Positions 9,735-21,200 of a DNA stretch of 64,000 bases are shown here, piece after piece. The stretch lies in assembly GCA_018969185.1 (NCBI GenBank), contig JAGWYT010000001.1, forward strand, positions 13,959 through 77,958. Reading direction: 5' to 3'. The position numbers and the translations under genes are program-made. The first letter of the stretch is position 1; every line of letters starts with the position of its first letter. The notes under the pieces were generated by a model. The model saw only the letters and a list, made by a program, of their open reading frames with translations, was not told the DNA's origin and ran no database searches. The DNA is from Rickettsiales bacterium (GTDB lineage: Bacteria; Pseudomonadota; Alphaproteobacteria; Rickettsiales; UBA1997).

Positions 9735-9846
9735 GTCATCCTGAGCCTTAGAATTTGTTTTACAAATTCTTGGCGAAGGATCTCATCAAAACGCACGAGA
9801 TCTTTCGCTAAGATTTTCTAAAAGAAAATCTATAGCTCAAGATGAC
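9735..9846. repeat. Palindromic element family C, copy C1
   Basis: gtcatcctgagcc-[hairpin]-ggcgaaggatctc...gagatctttcg-[hairpin]-ctcaagatgac. Framework identical to 38868..38979. Ends 5 nt from the stop of the kinase gene at 9852. Confidence 0.8.
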
Positions 9847-9851
9847 ATCAC

Positions 9852-11858
9852 TTAACAACTTTTAGAAGAAATTTCCTTCAAATTTCCTGGTAGAGAAATA
9901 AACACATTACTTCTATCACTTGCCATGCTGCTCCAGAATTCAAGGATTCGGTAGAGATCATCATAATCATTTCCTTTAATAAAATAATCATCAAATCCTG
10001 CACTAAGTATTTTATAAATTTGTAGTTTGTGATTATCTCCGGTAATTGCAATTACTGGTGTGCGGCTGGAATTATTATTTTTTTGAAATTTTCTGATTTC
10101 TTCAACAGCTTCAATGCCGTCCATTTTTGGCATTTCGATATCCATCAAAATTAAATCATAATTATTTTTTTTGATTAGACCAATTGCTTCTGAACCGTCT
10201 CTTGCCTTGTCAATTTCAACTTGATATTTAGACAAATATTTCGCGGTAATAATTAAATTACTTTCTTCATCATCAGCAATTAAAACTCTTTTCTTGCGTA
10301 AATATTCTTGATTTCTTGCTTCTTTAACTTCGTCTTTAAGCTTTACCATTCCCCATTTTGAAACCATTTTCAGTAATATTGCTGGAGAAGATGATTTAGA
10401 AACATAACCATTAAAACCAGAGGTTTTTAAATCACTAATTACTAAATCAAGATTCTTTGATGAATAAGCAAGAACAGGAGTGCCATTGTTAAATTTCCTA
10501 ATTTCTTTTGTGGTTAAAATGCCATCAATTTCAGGCATTTCTATATCCATCAATATTACATTATATCTGTTATTCTTAATCAAATCTAAAGCTTCATTGC
10601 AATTTGTTGCTTTGTCACATCTTGTGGCATATAGGCTTTTTTCTAAGAATGATTTTGTAACCATCAAATTAGTTTCCTGATCATCAACTATTAAAATCTT
10701 ATTTTCAGATTCATTTTGATAAGTTTCATTTGTAACTTTTGGAAATTCTAAAACAAATTCCGTAAATTTCCCTTCTTCGGAATTGCACAAGATATCGCCA
10801 TTAATTGAGCGCATTGATCTTTTGCAAAATGTTAAACCAAGACCAGTGCCGCCTTTTTTCCCTGAAGTTGAAAATGCGCCAAATATTCCATCTAACTTAC
10901 TTGCGGGAATTCCTGGACCATTATCACGAAAATAAATTCTGTTAAATTGATCTTTACCATCTTCAATTCTGATGATGATGTGCAAGTCAGGGGTTGAAGA
11001 TGCGTAATATAGAGAATTCTTCAATAAATTGAAAAATACGTAAATTAAAGAATTTTCATTACATCTAATTTTAAAATCATGTTCTCTTTCGGCGTTAACA
11101 GTAATTTTCGCTTTTTCATTATCTTTAAATGCATATTCATCGATAACTTTCTTGATAATTGTTGTTGCAGGAACAACATGTAAATTGCCTACAATGGCAG
11201 ATTTGCCACTAATATTATTTAAAATAATATCTATAATGGCATTGCCTCTGGTGGCTGATCTATCAGCTAAATCAAGCGATGAGATAATATCTTGAAAATC
11301 CTGTTTGGTTAGTGGAGTTATTTTTTCTGCAGCGCCATTACAGAATCTTTCTTGTTGATGAGCAGCAGATAATCTTTCTTTAACTAACTTAGTTGATTGT
11401 CTAACGTTACTTAATGGATTTCTCATTTCATGAGCAATTGAGCCGCTTAAGCTGATGTAATTTTGTCTTATTTCAAATTCTTCTAAGGCTTTGGTCAAAA
11501 TTGCTTTGGTATTTTCAAAATCCCAAGGTTTTGTTAAGTAGGCAAAAACATTACCCTTATTTATAGCTTCAATATTATTTTCAAGGCTGGCGTAAGCAGT
11601 TGTAAGAATTCTAACTATATTACGATTTTTTTCTTTGACTAAAGCAAGCAAATCAACGCCGCTGGCTGTTGGCATTTTTTGATCTGTAACTACAACGGCG
11701 ATTTCTTCAGGTTTTTCATCAATAATTCTTAAAATTTCACTTGGATCACTTGTAGCAATAACTTTAAAAAATTGACCAAATAACTTGTCGAAATATTTAA
11801 CCGAGTTTTCTTCGTCGTCTAAAAATAATATGTAAAATTTTGATCTGATATTATCCAT
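9852..11858 (-). CDS. Hybrid signalling protein: receiver - histidine kinase - receiver - receiver
   Basis: Start taken at the ATG at 11858 (MDNIRSKFYILFLDDEE). REC1 is of the TDQKMP...RILTTAY...TKPWD type. H-box SIAHEMRNPL. HATPase boxes LLKNSLYYA, DNGPGI, GGTGLGL. Two further RECs (ILMDIEMPEIDG; ILMDIEMPKMDG). Confidence 0.85.
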   Translation of the reverse strand: MDNIRSKFYILFLDDEENSVKYFDKLFGQFFKVIATSDPSEILRIIDEKPEEIAVVVTDQKMPTASGVDLLALVKEKNRNIVRILTTAYASLENNIEAINKGNVFAYLTKPWDFENTKAILTKALEEFEIRQNYISLSGSIAHEMRNPLSNVRQSTKLVKERLSAAHQQERFCNGAAEKITPLTKQDFQDIISSLDLADRSATRGNAIIDIILNNISGKSAIVGNLHVVPATTIIKKVIDEYAFKDNEKAKITVNAEREHDFKIRCNENSLIYVFFNLLKNSLYYASSTPDLHIIIRIEDGKDQFNRIYFRDNGPGIPASKLDGIFGAFSTSGKKGGTGLGLTFCKRSMRSINGDILCNSEEGKFTEFVLEFPKVTNETYQNESENKILIVDDQETNLMVTKSFLEKSLYATRCDKATNCNEALDLIKNNRYNVILMDIEMPEIDGILTTKEIRKFNNGTPVLAYSSKNLDLVISDLKTSGFNGYVSKSSSPAILLKMVSKWGMVKLKDEVKEARNQEYLRKKRVLIADDEESNLIITAKYLSKYQVEIDKARDGSEAIGLIKKNNYDLILMDIEMPKMDGIEAVEEIRKFQKNNNSSRTPVIAITGDNHKLQIYKILSAGFDDYFIKGNDYDDLYRILEFWSSMASDRSNVFISLPGNLKEISSKSC

Positions 11859-12009
11859 TTTTTGTGGTTTTAACAAAACTTTTAAATATAGGGACAATCA
11901 GGACAGCATATTAATAAGCCTTATGCAATGATAAGTAATTGCCAATGACATTGAATTTCTACATTGCTTCAAAATTAAACAGGAGCTGAAGCTCTGACTA
12001 CTAGAAACA

Positions 12010-12100
12010 ATCTTATCCGCTGGTTGAGCTTGTGACAAACCAAGGATAAGATTGTAATCAAAACCTTCTCTTGTTTTCAACAAGCTCAACCAGCGAGAAG
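12010..12100. repeat. Palindromic element family A, copy A2 (diverged)
   Basis: atcttatccgctggttgagcttgtgacaaaccaaggataagat...cttctcttgttttcaacaagctcaaccagcgagaag, in the divergent intergenic region between the hybrid kinase and the giant exoprotein gene. Confidence 0.8.
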
Positions 12101-12168
12101 ATGAACTGTGAAATATCGCCAGTTAATGTATAAACCTAACGAATTACTTCAAAACATATTGATTTACA

Positions 12169-12197
12169 AAGATGAGCCAAATATAATCGAGCCATAA
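12169..12197 (+). promoter_or_regulatory. Candidate sigma70-type promoter for the giant exoprotein gene
   Basis: TTGATT - 17 nt - TATAAT, ending 33 nt before the ATG at 12230. Such matches arise easily in AT-rich DNA. Confidence 0.35.
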
Positions 12198-12229
12198 AGA
12201 ATTTTAAAACTTTTCACCACTAAGTTTAT

Positions 12230-15200
12230 ATGTTTGCTTCAAGCCTCATCAGGCGTTTTCTCACAATCTTCACGATAATCTCATTAATCATTGAGCAGTT
12301 TCTTTTTGTCTTTTCGTCAAGTGCTATTGCTTCCGATTTGGCAATTACTGTTGATGGTTCAACTGATACGCAAGTTACGCAAACCGCTTCGGGCATAGAT
12401 CAAATCAATATTGCTGCGCCAAATTCTTCAGGTCTTTCTCATAATAAATTTACGGATTATAACGTTAATTCTTCTGGTCAGATCATTAATAATTTTTCTG
12501 GTAGCGCAACTGCTGTCACGGGAACAGCAATTGCTGGTTTGGTTGTGGCAAATCCTAATCTTAGCGCTTCAGGAAGTGCTTCAGTGATTCTAAATGAAGT
12601 TACTTCGGGAAACACTTCGCAACTTCTTGGTTACACAGAAATTGCTGGTACTAAGGCTGATTTAATTTTAGCGAATCCTAATGGAATTGCTTGTTCGGGC
12701 TGTGGATTTATTAACACGGCGAAACTCTTGATGGTGGCTGGAAGCAGTGATTTTGATTCATCAGGCAATCTTGGTTTTAATTTAAAAGAACAAGCTAATC
12801 CAAATTTATATGTGCCATTAATTACAATTGATGGTTTGGGGCTTGATGTTGAAAATGTTAGTGGCACTGAAATTATTGCTTCAAGTGTTAAACTTCTTTC
12901 TTCAATTTATGGAAGTGATGATAATTATGTAATTATAAAGACGGGAGAAGGAAGATATGATTATGATACGAAAGAAATTACAGGCGATAATACAAAAAAT
13001 AATACAGATGCAGTTTTTGCAATTGATGCCTCAGCACTTTCTAAGATTCAGGCTGGTCAGATTTATTTGATTGCAACGAAGGAAGGTGTTGGTGTGAAGA
13101 TGGAAGGTGAGATTCTTGCGTCATCAACTCTCAACATTGATGTTAATGGTGATATTTATTATAATAATATTTCCGCTTCTGATGCTGCAACTATTCAATC
13201 AAGTAGTTCGATTAACTCACTTGATAATGATTCAATCATTTCGTCATCTACCATTAATATTACAGCAAATCAATTTAACAATTTTGGTTTGGTTTCTGCG
13301 AATAATTTGAATGTTGAAAATACTGAAATTCTTGATAATTCAGGAAAATTTAAAGCGTTAAATTTAAATCTTTCCAACATTAATAATATTGATAATTCTG
13401 GCACAATTTATGGAAAGAATTCTTTAGTAATTTCAGGAAAGAATTTAACTAATGAACTTCTCGGAACTATTTATTCGCCAGTTGATTATACAATTACTCT
13501 TACTGGTCTTCTAAGTAATTCTGGTCTAATTACTTCGGGGAATAATTTAACATTAAATTCAAACCAACTAAACAACTCTTCGGAAATTTCGGCACAGAAT
13601 AATCTTACTTTCTCAGTTACAAATTCATTTGAAAATTCAGGAAGTTTAATTGCAACTAAAGATCTAAACTTAACCGCGGAATCACTGAGTAATTCAAATC
13701 AAATAAAATCAGATGGAAGTTCAACATTTAATTTAAGCAGTTTAACCAACAGCTCATCAATTTATTCTGATACTGTTCTTACTTTAAATCTGGCATCAAG
13801 TCTTAACAATTCTGGATCAATTTCTTCACAAAGCGATTTAATAATTACGGGAAGTTCAAGCATTACTAATTCAAACCAAATCCTTTCTAATTCTGATATT
13901 AATATTGTTGGAAATTCATTTACGAATGATGAAGATGCTATTGTTTCATCACTTGTTAAATCTCTAACTCTAACATTAAATGAAACTTTACAAAATTATG
14001 GCGATTTAAATGCAGAAACTGATCTTACTGTTTCTGCCAATTCATTGAATAATTCAGGGGGTATTATTGCTAATAGTTTGGATATTACTTCAACAAATGA
14101 TTTAACAAATAATGGCAAGATTGGTAGTTATAACGATATAAAAATTGCGGCAAAGAACCTTAACAACTCTTCAGAAATTAAAGCTCTTACAACTTCTACA
14201 ATTACTCTAACTGGAAATTTAACTAATTTTGAAGAGGCACTGATTTATTCAATTTCTAATCTTACTTTATCAGCTTCTGGTTATTTGAGTAATTTAGGAG
14301 AAATTTCAACAAGAAATTCAGCAGATCTAACTTTTTCAAACATTACTAATTCAAATAAAATTCTTGCTAATGAGGCTTTAAATATAAAAAGCTCTTCAAT
14401 TGATAATAATAGTTCAGATTCAGTTCTGGCTTCGGTTAATCAAGGTGTGAATTTAAATATTACAGATTTTTTAATAAACTCTGGAAATATTTTTGCTAAA
14501 ACAAATTTGACTTTAGGAAACGAGACTGAATTAAATTCAATTGATAATTCTGGTTCAATTACTTTCAATAAACTCATCAATACAAATTCAGAGTTAAAAG
14601 TTAGAGATTTTATAAACTCTGGCGAGTTCTCATCAAATTCAGCAATAGATGATCTTACAATCACCTCATCAAACAGATTCACGAATAGTGGAAATTTATT
14701 TTCTGGTAAAAATTCTACGATTAATTTAAGTGGAAGTTTTGACAATTCAGGAAATTTATCTGCAACAAATAATTTAACCATCGGTTCATCATCTTCATTA
14801 AATAATCTGATTAATTCTGGTCAAATTGGTGCTGTAAATAATTTAATAATTAACAGCAATTCAGACATTAATAATTCAGGATATATTTTAGCTGATAATA
14901 TAGTAAATATTTCGGCGATTAACATTAATAATGAATTAGATGCAGTGATCTCTTCGCTTGGCGCTGCAACAACTTTAACAACTTCTTCTGATGTTAAGAA
15001 TTATGGTGAAATTTCTTCAAAAACTGCTCTTGTTCTAAATGCCACAAATCTCTTCAATTATTCCAACATAATTGCAGCAACAGCTTTAAATGTTAGTGGT
15101 TTTGGACTAATCAATAATTCAGGTAATTTACAAAGCTCTACTGATACAACTTTAACGTCAAATTCTTTAATAAATTCGGGAACAATTTACAGTAAAGGTG

Positions 15201-18200
15201 ACTCAACAATTTCTAGTTTATCTGATATAACCAACTCAAATAATATCTATGCTGAAGGTAATTTAACAACAACTTCAAATAATTTAATCAATCAAACTGG
15301 CGCAGTTTTATCAGCAAAAGAAAATCTTACAGCTAATGCAACAAGTGACATCACAAACTCTGGCTCAATTGCGGCAGTTAATGATTTAGAGGTGACTGCT
15401 AATAATTTTACTAATTCAAATTTGGTTCAAAGTGGCAATAATAGTAATTTCACTTTAACTTCAAATTTAACTAATAATTCAGGCGCAACAATTTATTCAG
15501 GCAATAATATAGATATTAACAAAGCAGCTGGCTCATCATTATCAATTAATAATTCTGGTTCAATTTCAGCGGTTGGCAAATCAGATTTTACGGTTTCATC
15601 ATTTACAAATTCCAACAGTGTTTTAGCAAATAATGATGTCACTATTAATGCTGATTCATTTAATAATGACAATGTTAATTCAGTTTTAGCATCAATTAAT
15701 TGGGCGTTAAAATTGAATTTGACTAAATCTTTAGCAAATTCAGGAACAATTTTTGCTAAAACTGATCTGACCCTTGCAGATGGTGTGATGCTTGATTCAA
15801 TTGATAATTCAGGCTCAATTTCTTTTAATAAATTAGCTAATATTGATAATAAAATTCAAACTAAAGAATTCATTAATTCAGGAATTTTTTCTTCTAATAG
15901 TTCAGGAAATAATTTAGAAATTACTGTTCAAGATAAGTTTGACAATTCAGGAAGTCTTTTTGCGCAGGGAAGTTTTACAATCAATTCAAATGCTTTAACA
16001 AGCACAATAAGCAAAAATTCTGGCACTATCAATTCCGCAACAAGTTTAACTTTTAATTCTAATAATCTTGAAAATTCTGGAGAGATTTCTGCGCTTACAA
16101 ATTTAACAATTGCAGATAATTCAACTGTTACTAACTTAGGTAAAATTCTTGCTAATGGTGTTGTAACTATTAATGCAGAAAATTTAGAAAATGGCTCAGA
16201 GTATAATTCAAACGCCACAATTTCTTCGCTTACAAATTCTTTAACTTTAACAATTTCCAACCAGTTAGAAAATTTTGGTCAGTTAAGCTCAAGTTCTGAT
16301 TTAACGATTGCGGCTGCTGATGTTAATAATAGTGGTGATGTTCTTTCTTCTACAAAACTTAGCCAAACAGTTACTAATTCAATTATTAATTCTGGAACTT
16401 TCCAAAGTGTTAAAGATTTAACATTAAACGCTGCGTCACTCACAAATTCTGGTGTAATTAAATCTTTCGGAAATTCTGATGAGACTTCAACAAACTCAAG
16501 TAATATCAATGTTGCAGCAATTACCAATGAAGCTGATGCTTTGATATTTTCAAATCTTTCAATGGTGATTGCAGATAATATTTCACTTACCAATAAAGGA
16601 ACAATTCTTTCTAATTCTAAACTTGATGTAACTTCGGGAGATGTTGATAATAGCGGCTCAATCTTAGCAAATTCTGATTTAGATTTAACGGTTAGTTCGT
16701 CTTTGACTAATAGAACTTCTGGAGAATTAAGTGCGCTTGGCAATTTAACTATTGATGGTACTAGTTCAAAAGTTTTAAATTATAATCAAATTTATAGTAA
16801 TGGTAATCTTGCAATTACAACAACAGAGCTGGTTAATGAGGATAATGGTAAAAGCAAAATTCAATCTAATGGAACTCTGAATTTAAATTTAACAACTCTT
16901 ACTAATTACGAAGAAATAATTGCTGGCAAAACTTTTACAATTACAGCAAGTGGCAATGTTTCAAATTATTCACTTTTACAATCTGATGAAGATTTAATTT
17001 TAACGGCGGCAAGTTTTACCAATTTAGCAAATTCATTAATTTTAGCGCAAAATGATCTAACAATTGCGGCTTCAACAATAACTAACAGCAATACCAAACC
17101 ATCAGATAAAAATTCTACTACAAGCGGAATTATTTCTAGTAGTGGCGGCATTAATCTAAACGCCAATAGCATTTACAATAATGCTGGTTTAATCAAAGGA
17201 AAATCAATTGCTCTAAATAAGCTTTCTTCATTATCTTCGTCGTTATATAAGAAGGTTTTTGACGCGAATACGATGAATTACAGTTATGCTTCTGACGCAC
17301 TAACTTTCAATAACACTTCTGGTAAATTAATTGCTGATGCAGAAGTTAAATTAGATTTTGGTAATATTGATTACACAATTACTGGTGAAGTTACTGCAAG
17401 AAATATTGATCTTACAGCTAATAATATTAACAACCAAGGTAATGTGGTTGCCAGTGAATTTATTAAGTTAAATGCCACGGGAAATAGTGGAGCTTCGGGA
17501 AGCGGCAATATTACTAATGGTTTTGCAAGTGGTGATAATTCCAATGTTCAATTAGCAGCGGGAAGCTATATTGATTTTGTTGCAAAGAATAACATTCTTA
17601 ATTACGCCACAATATCAGCAACAACCAATTTAACACTTAGCGCAACAAATGGTGATATTAAAAATTATTCGTCAGGTAAAATTATTGGTGGTAATGGAGT
17701 TGCAACAATAAACGCCACAAACGGAACTTTTTATAATTATAATAGCACCAATTCTTCTGGTCAAGTAACGGCATCATCACTTTTCATTTCAAATAATAAT
17801 GCAATTTTTAATGTTAAGGATTTGAGTAATAGTGGTGAAATTTCTGTGGCGCAAGATTTAACGGCGAATGTGAGTAATAATTTTAGTAATAATAGTTCAG
17901 CGCTTATATGGTCTGGCAATAATATAATATTTAATGTTGCGAATAGTTTTGTTAATTCTCAGGCTGAAATTTATGCCAATAATAATTTGACGATTCAGAA
18001 AAATTCATCAACCACCTCATCTTTAAATAAAGTTAATTCTGTAACCAATTATTCTGGTGTAATAAAAACTTATTTGGGTGATTTAACAATTAAGGCTATT
18101 GATTTAAAAAATCAGAGATCAGTTAATCTAACAGATTCAACAGAAACTAATTTATTGGTTATACCTGAAGGTTACACTTATTCTTATGGTTATTGCCAAT

Positions 18201-21200
18201 ATTGTAGTAAGTTTCTAAATACTGATACTCAGAGTTGGACATATTTAGGAAATTGGCGTGATGGAAATTTCGGCGGAGCTTACCATGAAGCCTATAGTAC
18301 AACACAAGGATCGATCATACAAAATACTACTGCATCAGAAATTTTCTCAGGAAGAACTCTTAATTTGGAAGCAACTAATATAACTAATGAAGCTTCTAAT
18401 ATATTTAGCGTTTCTTCGATGTTTATTAACGCACAAACTCTCAGCAATAATTCATTTCAATATAGTAAAGATGTTTATTATGAGCCAATTAATGCCTATG
18501 GAAGAATGCAATATCATTATGGTTTTTCTACTCCACAAACTTTATTGGCTTTAATTAAAAGTGGTAGTTCCACACCAATCACAAATCTCACATCGCTTAG
18601 TAATGTAACTATTGCTCCGAATGTAGTTGAAGGGGCTTCAACACAATATTTAACTACTAGCAGTCTATCAACTAATATCGGTCAAGATACGACACTTGGT
18701 GGTGGAAGCATTACTAAATCCACCACAGTAAACAACATAGACATTTACACACTTGCAGAAAGCGGTGTTGTTGATGTTGATTTATCTTCAATTACCAATG
18801 CTATAGGAAATAATAATGGCAAAAAAGAAGCTTCAAAACAAGATGTTTCTGACAGTAATTCAGGAAGAAAAGTTGAAGATGCTGTTAAAGAACAAAGCGT
18901 AACGAAAGGTGATGCGTTAAATTTAACATCCACTTCATCAGAAATTGATTCTTCTAGTTCTGATGATGGAGTTGATGCTGTTGATTCTAAAACTGTAACT
19001 AAAAAAGATGTTGATATTACAACTTCCACAATTACCGCTTCAACATCAGATACAATTTTTTCTGGTTCATATAAGATTAATCTTGATGCAGCAGCTACAA
19101 CTCCACTTGTTGAATCAAGAAGTCAATTTACAGATGTGAGCAAATTCTTTGGTTCCTCTTATTACTTTGACCAGCTTGGCTTGAATGGTTCTTCTGTTTT
19201 AGCTGATATTGATCGTCAAACCAGAAATACTAATATTAGAATGCTTGGCGATGCTTTTGTTGAAACCACTCTTATTTTAAATCAGTTACAAAAATTGACG
19301 AATGATTCATTATTTCTATCAAAAACAACAACCGATCCAAATGAGCAAATAAAAGAACTTCTTGATAATGCGGTTAATCAATTTGCGGCTCTTGGTTTAA
19401 ATGCTGAAGATGTTGCAACTAAAGGTCTTACAGCTTCGCAGGCAAATTCACTTACAAAAGATATTGTAACTTTTGAATTGACGAAGGTTAATGGCGTGAA
19501 TGTTTTGGCTCCGAAGATTTATTTAAGCCAAAGCACAAGAAATCGTCTTTTAGGAACTGATGCTGCGCTTGCAACTAACTCAACAATATTTGCTAAAGAT
19601 AATCTTACAATTGATGCTTCAACAGCAGATTTATTAAATACTGGATCAATTATTGCGGGTAATAATTTAACTTTAAATATTGGCAGTTTAAACAGTTCGT
19701 CGGGAGGTTCTGGAAATCTTGGCACCACAGCAATAAACTCACTTGCAAAAATTAAGGCAGGCAATGATTTAACAATTACTGCTAATAATCCGATCACAAC
19801 TTCCTTTGATACAAATTCTTTTGGCATTGCTAATGTAATTCAACCTTTATCAATTCCAACTTCAGGAATTACACTACAAAATACTTATTTAAGTTCAGGT
19901 GGAAAAACTTCACTTTCAGCACTTGGTGATATTTCCATTAAGAATGATGATGCGTTAAAATTAACAACAATTTCTGATATTTTTGCGGCGTCAAATTTAT
20001 CAGTGAATTCAGCTTTAAGTTCTTCATCAAGGATTGCTTCTAAATTTTCGGCATCAGATGTGTTGGCTTTAACTTCAGCTTCTATTTCCTCACCAAAAGA
20101 CGACGCAGCAGCAGCAAGGGCTGCTCTTACTTTTAATGCGGGAAGTGATATTGAAATTACGTCACTTGGCAATATTAATATTGCGAATAATTATACTAAT
20201 TCTGGTGGCAGTATTTTTATGAGTGCGGCAAATAATATTAATAATAGTAATTATACAGTTTATGCCAGTGACAATGTTGTGATGGATGCGAATAATATTA
20301 ATAATATCCATACGGTTGGTAATAATTCAGAAAGTGAGACCAGAATTGAGGCTGGTAATATTGTATCGTTAAATGCGACGAAAGATGCTGATGGTAATGG
20401 CGGCAACATCAATAACATTGGTGCAACAATTAAAGCTGGAAGTTTGGTTTATTTAACTGCAGATAATAACATAACTAATAAAGCTTTAGTTGAATATAAT
20501 ATTAATGGCGCGGTGTCTTACAGCAGCGGTCTTGGGATTAGTCAAACGGCAAATGATTTTACTAATTCAACTTTAGATGATAATGGTGTTGCCGCTGCGG
20601 ATAATAATCTTTTGAGCGCGGGAGGCAATTACATCAGGTCTAATTTGATTTCACAGGGAAATATCATAGCTGGTGACAGTAGCACAGGAACAGTTGGCAA
20701 TGTTGTTATGGTTGCAGGAAATAATTTAAATAATATTGGCTCTAACATTACAGCAACGGGCGATTCTTATCTTGAGGCGACTAATGGCAACATAAACATT
20801 ACCATTGCCCTTTTAAGAGACAGAACTGTTGCAACTTGGGGAAGTAAGAAGAAAGGTGGAATTTCAGTTTCGGATAATACCAGCAACATTCAAAGTAATG
20901 TAAGTGCAGGAACTTTAGGAAGTGGAACTCTTGATGTTCTTGCTGGCATAGATTCTTCATCATTAATTTCCTCAACAAGTGAAGTTGGTAATATTAATAT
21001 TAATGGTTCTAATTTAAGCAGTGCTGATGATTTAACACTCACTGCTCAAAATGATGTTAATATAATTTCTGCACAAGATAAGACTTATAGTTTCAGTGCG
21101 GGAAGGATTGGTAAAGGTAAATCATACTCAAATACATCAAGTTCAACAACTCAAGTTGCAAGTGTTTTAAGTACAACTAATAATGGTGATATTTCAATTA

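Noticed and set aside
11898-12089. ORFs lying across palindromic repeats (11898..12089 minus, 36494..36679 minus, 52671..52871 plus)
   Set aside because: Their sequence is essentially the repeat element itself, and the same 'peptides' would be predicted wherever the repeat occurs. They are treated as non-coding.
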